38,171 bases of DNA. Source: a virus. Below the pieces are notes generated by a model. That model saw only the letters and a program-made list of their open reading frames with translations, ran no database searches and was not told where the DNA came from. The stretch covers positions 77,723 to 115,893 of IMG/VR virus record IMGVR_UViG_3300034069_001889; one strand, 5' to 3'. A program made the translations under genes and the position numbers. Position 1 is the first letter of the stretch; each line of letters starts with the position of its first letter. Below, piece after piece: positions 9,385 to 18,719 of the stretch.

Positions 9385-12300
9385 ATGAGTCCTGGTTCAC
9401 ATCAGCCGTCACGGCTGTCAATCGAAGAGAAAGTAAGACTCTTCCGCAAACGCTTCGCCGTCCGCGAGGACGTGTTCCTCGAAAAACGGCCCATCGAAAA
9501 GTACGAGATCAACAAAGATACGGGCGAGAAAACCAAGGTCATGGGCCACACGTTCATCCCGGTCTGCGTGAACATGGGCGACGTCAACGTTTGCCTCATC
9601 GCGCAGCGCCGGGGGAGTTGTCACAGCTGCACGGCCAAAAAGTACGACACGCTCTCCGACGCTTGGGTGCGCCAGCACATCGTGGGTAACCGCACGCTCT
9701 GCTTTATGCCGACGACGCCGGAAGGCGCCAAGATGGGCGCGATCGACTTCGACGAGAGCGCCGGCGACGGTCTCCAGGCCGTCTTCGAAGACGCGTTGCG
9801 GGTGCGGGATTACTGCCAGACCCTCGGCATTCCATCCTACATTGCGCGTAGCTCCAACAAAGGCTATCACCTTTACTTCTGGTTCTCGGACTGGATCCCG
9901 CCGCACCACTTCACGAGCTTTGCGTACCACGTGCTCGAAAAGACCGGCTTCGCGTCGCGCCTCGAATTTCAGGGCATCAAACTTCCCGAGGTCTTCCCGA
10001 AGCAGACGCTCTACGACAAAGAGGCCGTCGGAAACGGTATCCGCGCGCCACTCTCCGAACCGGACGTGAAGAACGGTCGGAACTGTTTCGTCAACGACAT
10101 GGCCGAGCCCTACCCGCTCCTAGAGCAGTGGACGAAGCTCAAAGACATGCGGGAGACTGCGCCCGACATCTTCGAGAAGATTCTTAAAGAGCAGGGCGTT
10201 CAAATCTACGCCGCGCCCGTGTCCCGCACCGGCGCCAAACGCCAGAAGGTCATCAAGAACGAGGATGGCACGGAGACCGTGGTCGACGACCATAGCTCGG
10301 GGCCGATCAGCCAGCACGGTTCGTTCTCAAACGTCATCGCTGCGTGCCCTGCCATGCAGGAGTACTGGGCCAAGAACGCCGCCGGGCAGTACGCCTGGGA
10401 CGTCTCGAATCCCAAGGGTTTGTTCAACGCCGCGCGCGTCGCGAGCATGAATTTAGCTCTCTCGACCAAAGACGGGGAAAAGTACCTGAAAGAACGCTGG
10501 AAGGGGCCGCACACCGAACGCCAGATTGAGGGAGCAAAGGCCAAGGGCTACAAACCCTGCACGTGCCGGTGGATGCAGCAGCAGAGTGTTTGTCACATCA
10601 ACAAGCACCCGCGCTTTGGCAATCACTGCTTCAAGAAGCTCGCTCCCGTCACGACCGAAAACGGCAAACTGATCACGAATCCGGACAAGCTGCCCGAAGA
10701 CGCATGGCCGGAGCCGAGCCCAATTCGCTACTCGACCGAGAAGCACCTGAAGGTCGACGGCATCTGCGAGCGCTTCAAACTTCTCGTAAAAGCCATGAAC
10801 CGCATGGCGAAGCAAGAAAAGGGTGAGGCCGTGCCGCCGGAGCTCGACGACCGCGGGCGCCCGATCATCAAGGAGGAGTTCACGCCGGACAACGCTTCGC
10901 AGCTTCTCAGCAACCTGATGAAGCGCACGGTGGCGCTGAAAGAGGCCGAGCGAAACCAGGTCCAAGATTACGTCCTGTCGAACAAGATCTTCACGAAAAC
11001 CGAATGGAACTCGCGCCTCAAGGGTGCGGGCCTGCTGGTTGCGGACGAAAAGAAAAAGGACACCAAGGTCCAATTCAAATCGTTCGAAATCGCCGGGCGC
11101 ACGTACTTCCTGAAGGAGGGCATGATCCACGCGATGCACGTCGACCAAAAGACGCAACAGTCGTTCGAGCGCATGTTTTCGAACTTCTGGATCGAACGCG
11201 TCGACGAGCCCGCGACCATCCGGCTGATCGAGCGCGAGGGCAAAGAGCACGTCATGTACGAGGATCGTCTCTACAAACTGATGATCCACGTTAATGGCCA
11301 ATCCAAGCCCATCACCGTGACAAACCGGGCGTTCTCCAGTGCCAACGCGTTTTTTGAGGCCTTGCGCGCGGGCGGCGGCACGGACCTCGTTTTCGCATCC
11401 TCCAAGGACGCTTACGACGTCTTCATGGCGTCGATTAGTCACTTCTCGGAGCCCATGATCGAAAAGCACGCGCTTAAAGACATTGGTTTTTACAAAATCA
11501 AGGGCGCGACCAAATACATCATGCCGAGCGTGATCGTGACGCACGAGGAGATCGTGGCCAACGACGCCTACGTGCTGGAGTTCACGGACGACGTGACCCG
11601 CGGTCTCGATTTTCAAATTCTCGACGAAGACGAGTTTAAGAAGGTCGCCCGGCACATCACGGAGGACTACTTCAAGTGCAACAACATCATGCTGACCATG
11701 AGTTGTTTCGCGCACGCGATGGCGTCCGTTTGCACCGAAGCCATCGCGGAAGTGAAGGGCTGGCGAAAGGCTCCGGTCTTGTGGATCGCGGGCGACTTCT
11801 CCGGCGGAAAAACGTTCGTGATCGAGAATTCGCAATTCTTCTTCGGCAACTTTGCGAACGTGGCGCAAACCGGGGCCGGGGGATCATTCAAGGCCAAGCT
11901 CGGCGCGGCGGACTCGTACCGACACGCTTTCCTGGGCTTTGACGACCACAAGGACTCCATGCAGGCCGACCGCGGGCGCGACATCGTGAACTTCATCCAG
12001 AACGCCTACGACCGGCGCGCGAACGTGGCGCTCAAACGTGACGGCACGAACCGCCAACACTTACCGCGCGTGCGCGGGCTGATCGGGGTCTGCGGCGAAG
12101 ATTTCCCAGACAAAGAGGCTTCGGCCGTCTCCAGGCTCATTCTCATCGACACCACCATGTCGAAGAACATCGAGCACGGGACCAAGGTCTTGAACATGCG
12201 GCAGCACTACTCAGGGTTCACGCCCTACGTCGTGCGCCACATTCTTCAGATGCCGCCCGAGGCCGTGGGTGCCCTGTGGGACACGCTTTACGAGGAGATT

Positions 12301-12981
12301 TTCAAAGGGTCCGAAAAATCCGAGGAGGGCGCGAGCGCCACGCGGGTTTGCGAAAACCTGACCTTGAATCTCTTCGGATTCCGCATCGCTCTCGATTGCA
12401 TGGTGGCCAATGGGGCCATCAGTCAGCCGGAGGCGGTGGTCCTGGCCGGGCAGCACCTGACGAACCTGCGCATCGCGAAGGGTCATCAGTTGGCCTCGGT
12501 CAAAGACGCGCGGGCTTCGGAGGTGTTCATGGAAGATCTGCAGCAGCTCTTGGCCGATCCGCGGAAGTACAAGATTCACGGATGGGCCAAGACGGATGTC
12601 GAGGAAGCGCGAAACGCCGAGACGCTGGGGTTCATTTCTCCGAAAGAACCCGGCGTGGTCTTTCTCTACTCGTCGCTCGTGTACAAAGCCGTGGCGCAGT
12701 TCGCGCGGCAAAAGAACACGACGCTCCAGAGTCAGCGGCACATCGTCCGTCAGCTCGCGACCGACGGGTTCATGAAGCTCGACCTGGTCGATCGCGCCAA
12801 CGACCGCCTGACCGTGAACAAGCGCGGGCCCGGCGGGACGCAGGTGCGGGTTTACCCCATCGTGGCCGAAAAGCTCGGCTACGACGAGGTGTCGAGCAAG
12901 GCCGCGGAAAGGGGTCAACACGCCCCGGCAACGATTGTGAAGAGAAATCAGTTGCCAGATGAATCTTTCCCCTTAGAGTAG
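9385..12981 (+). CDS. Archaeo-eukaryotic primase (TOTE-like) fused to a Cys-rich PriL-like region and a C-terminal P-loop helicase
   Basis: AEP motifs AIDFD, SSNKGYHLYFWF, EVFPKQ, GNGIRAPL. Cys cluster CPAM...CTCRWM...CH...HC. Walker A GDFSGGKT, Walker B FLGFDD, and Arg-finger-like SAVSRLILI. Confidence 0.85.
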   Translation: MSPGSHQPSRLSIEEKVRLFRKRFAVREDVFLEKRPIEKYEINKDTGEKTKVMGHTFIPVCVNMGDVNVCLIAQRRGSCHSCTAKKYDTLSDAWVRQHIVGNRTLCFMPTTPEGAKMGAIDFDESAGDGLQAVFEDALRVRDYCQTLGIPSYIARSSNKGYHLYFWFSDWIPPHHFTSFAYHVLEKTGFASRLEFQGIKLPEVFPKQTLYDKEAVGNGIRAPLSEPDVKNGRNCFVNDMAEPYPLLEQWTKLKDMRETAPDIFEKILKEQGVQIYAAPVSRTGAKRQKVIKNEDGTETVVDDHSSGPISQHGSFSNVIAACPAMQEYWAKNAAGQYAWDVSNPKGLFNAARVASMNLALSTKDGEKYLKERWKGPHTERQIEGAKAKGYKPCTCRWMQQQSVCHINKHPRFGNHCFKKLAPVTTENGKLITNPDKLPEDAWPEPSPIRYSTEKHLKVDGICERFKLLVKAMNRMAKQEKGEAVPPELDDRGRPIIKEEFTPDNASQLLSNLMKRTVALKEAERNQVQDYVLSNKIFTKTEWNSRLKGAGLLVADEKKKDTKVQFKSFEIAGRTYFLKEGMIHAMHVDQKTQQSFERMFSNFWIERVDEPATIRLIEREGKEHVMYEDRLYKLMIHVNGQSKPITVTNRAFSSANAFFEALRAGGGTDLVFASSKDAYDVFMASISHFSEPMIEKHALKDIGFYKIKGATKYIMPSVIVTHEEIVANDAYVLEFTDDVTRGLDFQILDEDEFKKVARHITEDYFKCNNIMLTMSCFAHAMASVCTEAIAEVKGWRKAPVLWIAGDFSGGKTFVIENSQFFFGNFANVAQTGAGGSFKAKLGAADSYRHAFLGFDDHKDSMQADRGRDIVNFIQNAYDRRANVALKRDGTNRQHLPRVRGLIGVCGEDFPDKEASAVSRLILIDTTMSKNIEHGTKVLNMRQHYSGFTPYVVRHILQMPPEAVGALWDTLYEEIFKGSEKSEEGASATRVCENLTLNLFGFRIALDCMVANGAISQPEAVVLAGQHLTNLRIAKGHQLASVKDARASEVFMEDLQQLLADPRKYKIHGWAKTDVEEARNAETLGFISPKEPGVVFLYSSLVYKAVAQFARQKNTTLQSQRHIVRQLATDGFMKLDLVDRANDRLTVNKRGPGGTQVRVYPIVAEKLGYDEVSSKAAERGQHAPATIVKRNQLPDESFPLE

Positions 12982-13026
12982 GTGGGTAGGAAATTATTGC
13001 CTACCTAATCTGAAGGAGATTCAAAG

Positions 13027-13266
13027 ATGAACATGATGGACGAACAGCCGCAGCAAGACGTGCTCCCCGACAAGAAAAACAGAAACCCGGTCATCTACGC
13101 CGTGCTTTACACGGACGCGAACGGGAATCTCAACTTGGAGGAGTGCCCGTCGCGGCTGGAGGCCAAGCACTTCATCAATCAGTTTCCAAACACCGAGTCG
13201 ATCGTGCGCGTTTACCGCGTCTCGCAGACGCTCGAACTCAAGCAAAAGACCGTCGTACACTTCTAG
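13027..13266 (+). CDS. Hypothetical protein (79 aa)
   Basis: AAGGAG RBS; followed by a terminator. Confidence 0.7.
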   Translation: MNMMDEQPQQDVLPDKKNRNPVIYAVLYTDANGNLNLEECPSRLEAKHFINQFPNTESIVRVYRVSQTLELKQKTVVHF

Positions 13267-13298
13267 TCTGGGCCTTCAACGGTCAAGCTAGCGGTGGC

Positions 13299-13328
13299 AA
13301 AGGCCCCCTCCCTGGGGCCTTTGTTTTA
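13299..13328 (+). terminator. Rho-independent terminator
   Basis: AAAGGCCCC-ctccct-GGGGCCTTT followed by GTTTT. Confidence 0.75.
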
Positions 13329-13358
13329 CCTATGTAAAAACCAGTCCAAGGAGGGCCG

Positions 13359-15563
13359 GTGCAAACGACGGACGAGTTTTCGCGCGCGCTCGCGTTGGTC
13401 GAAAAAATTCACGCCACGGGTTTCGGGCCCTTTCGACCACCAAAAGATAAACCCCAGGATGGAGCATTAAGGCCGCAGCAGCTCAAAGCTGTCCGGCAGA
13501 TCTTGCACGCTCTCCTGCAGGAAAAAAAGAAGTACATCGTTTTAACGGCGCCGACAGGGTCGGGCAAATCTGTGATCGCCGCGGTCCTTTCCAAAGTGCT
13601 CAAGGAAGTGATGGGGTACAAGACCAATCTCACAACGTCAAGCCGGGCGCTTCAAAAACAGTACGGCGTGGATTTAAGTCAGGATGACGATTTCAAAGTT
13701 GTCATGGGCACCGCCAACTACGCGTGCTCGCTCTACCGCGACGAATCGAATCTTCACCGGACGGGCAAATCTCCCTGTCAAGACACGAAAAGATCCTTTC
13801 GGGAAATCATGAGCTACCTTGAGCCCGCCGACAGCTCAAATCCGGACGACACGGGCGAAACCGGCATTCAGACTATCCACCGCGACCAGGACGAGGACGT
13901 CTTTGATGCCATTCCTGAGGCGATCGCTGAGGCTCGTAGGCTCATTTCAGAATTAGACGCACAGGAAGAAGAGAGCGGTAAATCCCAAGATCGGGAGGCT
14001 ACGTTTATAAAAAAAGCCTGCCGCGGGAAGGGTGGCTGCAGCTACTACCGCGCCCGAGATGAGGCCGAAGAATCTCCCGTCGCAATCCGTAGCATGCAGC
14101 ATTTACTTTTTTACATTATGTTTGGCGTCAAGATAGACGGGATGCCAGTGCTCCAGCAGCGCGAGGTGCACATCCACGACGAGTGTCACAATCTGGAGAA
14201 CACGTTTCGTGATTTCTTTTCCGCCACGTTCTCCGACAAGCACTACTCCGAGATGCTGGGCGACCTGGACGCTAAATTCCGAAAGGGTCGGCCACGCGAG
14301 CCTAGCCTGGAAATAACCGCCGATTTTAGAAACTTCAAGTCCGGACCAGGTGAGTGGAGCAGCGACGATCGCCTCCGGACTGTCGAAACCGTTCACAAAG
14401 AGCTGGGACAGGCCGTAGAGCGGTTCATCCTGCCCGATGAGAACTGGGCGCGGACTCTCGCCGGCGACGCGTCCAAGCCCCGCCTGAACTCAGCTGAGGA
14501 GTTTCTGCGCGCCAGCGTTCAGGGTGACCTACGCATTGATCTCGATAGCTTAAGAGATGGGCACAAAACAGTTCTAGGCTGGTTCAAAAATACCTACCAC
14601 GCCCTGAAGGACGTCGAACGCGAGAAGCAAAAAAAAGGCGAAGGCTTTAGCCACAAACGCCGCTACGCCATCAACCTCGGAAAAGACAAGGGCACGTCCC
14701 GCCTGGCGGTGAGCCCGCTTTCCCTCGAAGGCATGGTGGACCGCTACTTCGGCGAAAAGCAGACGGTGTTCATGTCGGCCACGCCGCAGCCCGCCCGAAT
14801 CTTTGAGCAAATGTTTGGTATCGAAGGGCAGGCGGCCTACATCGAGATCGAATCTGATTTCCCCCCAGAGCGCTCGCCCATCTTTCACGATCCCGTCGAC
14901 ACGATTACGAACGAGCGCGCGCGAACCCTTGGTGCCGAAATGGTGCGAAACCGTCATTTCAAAAGTGACTGGGAGCGCCAGCAGGCCGCGGCCGAAGCCG
15001 GCTGGATTCAGATTCACGCGAGCCTCGCGGGCAAGATCCGGGAGATTCTTCTCTACCACCCCGATCTACCGGGCATCATTCCGTGCTCCAGCTACAAGAT
15101 GGTCCAGGCCCTGCAGACCGATCTTTCGGATCTCGACCGCATGATCTTCGCCGTCGACGGCGAGTCAAACCGCAAGGCCGTCATCGAATTTAAGCGCCGC
15201 GCCGAGACCGAGCCCGTCGTTCTCGTGAGCGCCGGGATCTCGGAAGGCCACAGCTTCAACGACAAGGTTTCACGGCTTCAGATCATCCCGAAGATGCCCT
15301 ACGCCGTGAGGGATCCGGAGATGGAAGAACTCTGCAAACGCTGGGGCCCGGCCTACTACGCCAACCGCACGGCCACAACGCTCCAGCAGATGGTCGGACG
15401 GTCCATGCGGAGCAAAGGCGATTACTGTAAAACAATCCTACTTGATCAAAAACACTCGGATCTCAAAAGTGTGAAAATTTTGAAGAACTACTCGCGCCAC
15501 TTCGCCCACTGCCTGCGGTGGGACGAAGACTGGCGCCACTTCCGGTTCCCCTCGAACGTTTGA
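13359..15563 (+). CDS. DinG/XPD (Rad3)-like SF2 helicase
   Basis: Q motif LRPQQ, APTGSGKS, spaced Cys (Fe-S-like), IHDECHNLE, MSATP, ISEGHSF, QQMVGRSMRS, ILLD. Confidence 0.88.
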   Translation: MQTTDEFSRALALVEKIHATGFGPFRPPKDKPQDGALRPQQLKAVRQILHALLQEKKKYIVLTAPTGSGKSVIAAVLSKVLKEVMGYKTNLTTSSRALQKQYGVDLSQDDDFKVVMGTANYACSLYRDESNLHRTGKSPCQDTKRSFREIMSYLEPADSSNPDDTGETGIQTIHRDQDEDVFDAIPEAIAEARRLISELDAQEEESGKSQDREATFIKKACRGKGGCSYYRARDEAEESPVAIRSMQHLLFYIMFGVKIDGMPVLQQREVHIHDECHNLENTFRDFFSATFSDKHYSEMLGDLDAKFRKGRPREPSLEITADFRNFKSGPGEWSSDDRLRTVETVHKELGQAVERFILPDENWARTLAGDASKPRLNSAEEFLRASVQGDLRIDLDSLRDGHKTVLGWFKNTYHALKDVEREKQKKGEGFSHKRRYAINLGKDKGTSRLAVSPLSLEGMVDRYFGEKQTVFMSATPQPARIFEQMFGIEGQAAYIEIESDFPPERSPIFHDPVDTITNERARTLGAEMVRNRHFKSDWERQQAAAEAGWIQIHASLAGKIREILLYHPDLPGIIPCSSYKMVQALQTDLSDLDRMIFAVDGESNRKAVIEFKRRAETEPVVLVSAGISEGHSFNDKVSRLQIIPKMPYAVRDPEMEELCKRWGPAYYANRTATTLQQMVGRSMRSKGDYCKTILLDQKHSDLKSVKILKNYSRHFAHCLRWDEDWRHFRFPSNV

Positions 15564-15574
15564 AAGGCCAAGCC

Positions 15575-15778
15575 ATGACCGGCGCGATCGAAGACATGAA
15601 AAAACTGAAGCTGCAGCACGCTTTGCGAAAGCTGAAGGGCAACCGCACCCACGCGGCGCGCGAACTCGGGGTGAGCGTGCGCACGATCCGGACGTGGATC
15701 GACAAATTCGACCTAAAAAAACAGTTTCCGTCCGGTTCGGGCTCAAAATCTGTGCTCCCGCGTCTCAAGCCAATTTAA
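15575..15778 (+). CDS. Stand-alone Fis-type helix-turn-helix protein
   Basis: ALRKLKGNRTHAARELGVSVRTI matches the Fis/NtrC HTH pattern. Confidence 0.85.
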   Translation: MTGAIEDMKKLKLQHALRKLKGNRTHAARELGVSVRTIRTWIDKFDLKKQFPSGSGSKSVLPRLKPI

Positions 15779-15812
15779 ATGCGGAAACAGGTACAGGTTT
15801 GATAGGAGGGAA

Positions 15813-16076
15813 ATGCTAATGCACGATGCAACGCATAAAGGTCAGTTGAGTGTCGCCACGGATGTGGCTCCTAAATTCATGGTGGCCAAGAGAAGTCTTC
15901 CGGAAACGGATACTTTTCAAGTCTACTTTCAATACGGCATGACCGTGGCGGGGCCGTGGGCCAAGCTGGGGTTGAACCACACCGAATACCTGGCCGGGTT
16001 TGTTCCCCAGAACATTCTCGACCAATGCCCGGTGCAACAACTGCTCGGCTACTGCCTAGACTCTGTAAACAAGTAG
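15813..16076 (+). CDS. Hypothetical protein (87 aa)
   Basis: AGGAGG RBS. Confidence 0.65.
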   Translation: MLMHDATHKGQLSVATDVAPKFMVAKRSLPETDTFQVYFQYGMTVAGPWAKLGLNHTEYLAGFVPQNILDQCPVQQLLGYCLDSVNK

Positions 16077-16098
16077 CCCTTCAAACGGGAGATGAAAG

Positions 16099-16323
16099 AT
16101 GACCGCACCGAAGCTCGAACCGAAGAAAGTCCCCTCCAAATCTGGACCGCCCAAGGTTACGGCCGCCAAGCGTCAGCAGCTGGCCGGAGATATTTTGTGC
16201 GCCATCATCGCCTCCCGCGGGCAGTACCCTTTAGAGGGTTTGCCGCTAATTGTGAAACAGATGGCACATGTGGCCGTCGAACTGACCGACAAGCTCTTGG
16301 AGGAGCTGGAAAAGGGGCCGTAA
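16099..16323 (+). CDS. Hypothetical protein (74 aa)
   Basis: Its stop codon falls in the loop of the following terminator. Confidence 0.6.
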   Translation: MTAPKLEPKKVPSKSGPPKVTAAKRQQLAGDILCAIIASRGQYPLEGLPLIVKQMAHVAVELTDKLLEELEKGP

Positions 16324-16338
16324 TTGGCCCCTTTTTTT
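16310..16338 (+). terminator. Rho-independent terminator (possibly bidirectional)
   Basis: AAAAGGGGCC-gtaatt-GGCCCC-T7. Confidence 0.8.
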
Positions 16339-16350
16339 AGCCTTGTGTCT

Positions 16351-16406
16351 TTACCGTGTCTGCCGGACACGGTAAGCCTTAGCGTAATTTCAAATTACGC
16401 TAAGGC
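16351..16406. promoter_or_regulatory. Two abutting perfect inverted repeats upstream of the antirepressor (candidate operators)
   Basis: TTACCGTGTC-5nt-GACACGGTAA (16351-16375) and GCCTTAGCGTAATTT-c-AAATTACGCTAAGGC (16376-16406). Confidence 0.5.
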
Positions 16407-16472
16407 CGATATAGCGCATTTTCAGGCATAAGTTCTTTGATGAGGGCATTCCGCCTTCTCAAGGAGACACAT

Positions 16473-17036
16473 ATGAGCATGCAAAAAACGTTTCCCATCG
16501 TTGTTGGCACGCACCAAATTCAGGCCTTGGTAATCGAAAAAGATGGTTTTGACTGGATTGCTATTAAACCCATCTGCGCGGCCATTGGTGTCGATCACGA
16601 CAGCCAACGTACGAAACTTCGAAACAATCCACAGTTCAACTGCGGTGATATCACCGCAGTTGGTTTTGATGGTAAAAGCCGACAAATGGTCTGTTTGCCG
16701 CTTCGTCAAGTGACGAGCTGGCTTACGATGATCAACGCAAATAAAGTAAAAGCTGAGGCCCGCGGACCTCTCCTTTCTTTCCAGGAGGGGTGCCAAGATG
16801 TGCTGACGGCAGCTGTGTTTGGTACAGCTAGCGGTGCAGAAGTTGCGGAACTAAAAAGACGTATTGATTCTGTTAGCACGCAGATAACAGAATTTGCGAT
16901 CGCGCTTGCACATGAGAAGCGTATGCGACTCGCTGCCGAAGAAAAGCTAGAGCAAGTTAGTCGTCACCAAGCAACAGCGGGCGCATTCCAACTTCATGCA
17001 CGACGCGTTATGAAGCGCCCTCTTACTCTCAATTGA
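16473..17036 (+). CDS. Phage antirepressor N-terminal (P22 Ant-like) domain protein
   Basis: WIAIKPICAAIGVDHDSQRTKL...DGKSRQMVCLPLRQVTSWLTMINANKVK. AAGGAG RBS before the ATG at 16473. Confidence 0.85.
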   Translation: MSMQKTFPIVVGTHQIQALVIEKDGFDWIAIKPICAAIGVDHDSQRTKLRNNPQFNCGDITAVGFDGKSRQMVCLPLRQVTSWLTMINANKVKAEARGPLLSFQEGCQDVLTAAVFGTASGAEVAELKRRIDSVSTQITEFAIALAHEKRMRLAAEEKLEQVSRHQATAGAFQLHARRVMKRPLTLN

Positions 17037-17048
17037 AAATGTAAAACA

Positions 17049-17294
17049 ATGGACAAAATGATTGAAGAGCTTCAAAAAGATCTAGATAGACTAAAGGACC
17101 CTGATATACCTCTGATTGACAAAATGAACGGTGTTAGGCTTTTTCACGAAAAAGCTAAAAGTATTCGGGGACTATCAGGTGAAGAAGGACCCCGCGAGAT
17201 GCGCAGAAAAATTGCACTTTGGGCTGATGCTGTCGAATTTGCCACAAAAACGATTGCTGAGCTTGATGCGAGGGAAGGCACATTGCCGAAGTAA
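17049..17294 (+). CDS. Hypothetical protein (81 aa) in the antirepressor cassette
   Basis: AT-richer ORF directly after the antirepressor. Confidence 0.65.
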   Translation: MDKMIEELQKDLDRLKDPDIPLIDKMNGVRLFHEKAKSIRGLSGEEGPREMRRKIALWADAVEFATKTIAELDAREGTLPK

Positions 17295-17300
17295 CACTTA

Positions 17301-17328
17301 AAACGGGTCTTGATCGGCCCGTTTTTTT
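17301..17328 (+). terminator. Rho-independent terminator
   Basis: AAACGGGTC-ttgatc-GGCCCG-T7. Confidence 0.75.
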
Positions 17329-17357
17329 AGCTATGCTTACGGCACAAGGAGACCCCC

Positions 17358-17564
17358 ATGAGAGATTTTATTCTTCAGTTTTTCGCCTACGAGCACCTCC
17401 ACAAAGATCTTCAAGAGGTTTCAAAGCCCTTCTCGGAGCTCGCCGAACTCATGTACAAGTACCTGCCTAGCAACTCGGAGCGCGCCACGTGCCTGCGTAA
17501 ACTCCTTGAGGCCAAGGACTGTGCGGTGCGCGCGCACCTCGGCGGTCATCAGAGTCGTGGATGA
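17358..17564 (+). CDS. Small helical phage protein, possibly related to the Acb2/Tad1 hairpin
   Basis: ILQFFAYEHL...VSKPF...LPSNSERATCLRKLLEAKDCAVRA; AAGGAG RBS. Confidence 0.55.
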   Translation: MRDFILQFFAYEHLHKDLQEVSKPFSELAELMYKYLPSNSERATCLRKLLEAKDCAVRAHLGGHQSRG

Positions 17565-17983
17565 AGAAAACGTACGAAATTGATACGGATGACCTAACCG
17601 AGCCGGAAGAGCAGCTGGCGTTTCTAATCAACGAGTGCGTGATCTTCTGCAACAACGGCTGGTGGGACGAGAAGTGGCCAAAAGACGCCATCTCGCTCCA
17701 CGTCAACTGCAACGACATCTTCGCGTGGGGTTGCGCCGACTCCGAAGATATTCGCTGTGGCGAGCTCAAAGATCTCACCGACCTCTATCTCAAAGACGAG
17801 GCGTGGGGTGCGGCCGTATGGTGCATTAAAAAGCGTCGCCAGATGCCCCAAGCCCCCGTGGCAAAAGACATGCGGGAGGCCGGCTACAATCTCGAAGAGT
17901 TGATTGCTACCCCTATTGACGAGATTGCGGAAAAACCCCTAGACTCAAACGTGAACGAGAAGCACCTGAGCCCGGAGACGTGA
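17561..17983 (+). CDS. Hypothetical phage protein (140 aa)
   Basis: ATGA overlap with the previous stop; VNCNDIFAWGCAD motif. Confidence 0.7.
   Translation: MKKTYEIDTDDLTEPEEQLAFLINECVIFCNNGWWDEKWPKDAISLHVNCNDIFAWGCADSEDIRCGELKDLTDLYLKDEAWGAAVWCIKKRRQMPQAPVAKDMREAGYNLEELIATPIDEIAEKPLDSNVNEKHLSPET
17916..17945 (+). promoter_or_regulatory. Sigma70-like promoter for the ncRNA at 17951
   Basis: TTGACG-18 nt-TAGACT, ending 5 nt before the first base of the terminal stem. Confidence 0.6.
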
Positions 17984-18082
17984 GTGCTTGCGCCTCACCG
18001 AGGGTAGCGATGGACACGGCTTGGCTTTGACCCTTGCACGCCCTGGAGCCTGAGCCGGAAATAGCGCGCCGGCCTCGTTCAC
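17951..18082 (+). ncRNA. Unknown structured ncRNA E (132 nt)
   Basis: Terminal stem GTGAACGAG/CTCGTTCAC. Hairpin AAGCAC/GTGCTT, helix AGGGT/ACCCT, and a 3' hairpin GCCGG-aaatagcgcg-CCGGC abutting the terminal stem. Own promoter and T8 tail. Confidence 0.7.
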
Positions 18083-18139
18083 TTTTTTTTACTCCTGTGG
18101 TCTAATGAGCCCAATCGCACAGGAGTTTTTGAAGCCACC

Positions 18140-18433
18140 ATGCTCGGCATTTACTTTGGAATCGGTTCGCTTATTTCAATGGGTTCTTATTGCTATTTAA
18201 CAATTTTAGAAACTGACGGCCATCTCTCCCGCGAAGAAGAAATGACCCTTTGGACCATTCGCAACCAACCCATTGTTGGTGCGTTCTCACTGACGGCGCT
18301 CGCCGTCTTGTGGCCGGTGGTAGTCCTTTCGGCGCTCGGCAGCATGGCCGCGCAACTCAAACACCACCTGCGTGCCTACGTCAGGGCGCGGTCAATCCGC
18401 CGTCTGCAGCGATCTCACGCCACTTCGCAATGA
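18140..18433 (+). CDS. Membrane protein (97 aa)
   Basis: Two hydrophobic segments; AGGAG upstream. Confidence 0.55.
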   Translation: MLGIYFGIGSLISMGSYCYLTILETDGHLSREEEMTLWTIRNQPIVGAFSLTALAVLWPVVVLSALGSMAAQLKHHLRAYVRARSIRRLQRSHATSQ

Positions 18434-18638
18434 GAAACGTCCGGTCCTCAAACTCCGGCCAGAACGGCGTTCCCGGGCCACTCATAGGCACGCACTGCGC
18501 GTAGATCTCGGTCGCGGTTTGAAGCTCTTCGAGCACCCGTAGACACAATTGCTCGGACGAGTAACGCCCAACCGTTTGCGTGTGAGGCGGAAACTGGTGC
18601 GTGGACGAGTACAACGTGACGATCAGTAGGTAAATCAT
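18381..18638 (-). CDS. Hypothetical protein (85 aa)
   Basis: Plausible ORF with a TTGCGT...TGcTACGGT promoter-like sequence immediately upstream. Confidence 0.5.
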   Translation of the reverse strand: MIYLLIVTLYSSTHQFPPHTQTVGRYSSEQLCLRVLEELQTATEIYAQCVPMSGPGTPFWPEFEDRTFLIAKWREIAADGGLTAP

Positions 18639-18719
18639 GCGGAAACCGTAGCACCGGGTTTTCCAAACGCAAGATTATTTAGATCCGACGCGAGAAGTCT
18701 GATACTACTTTTACTTCAT

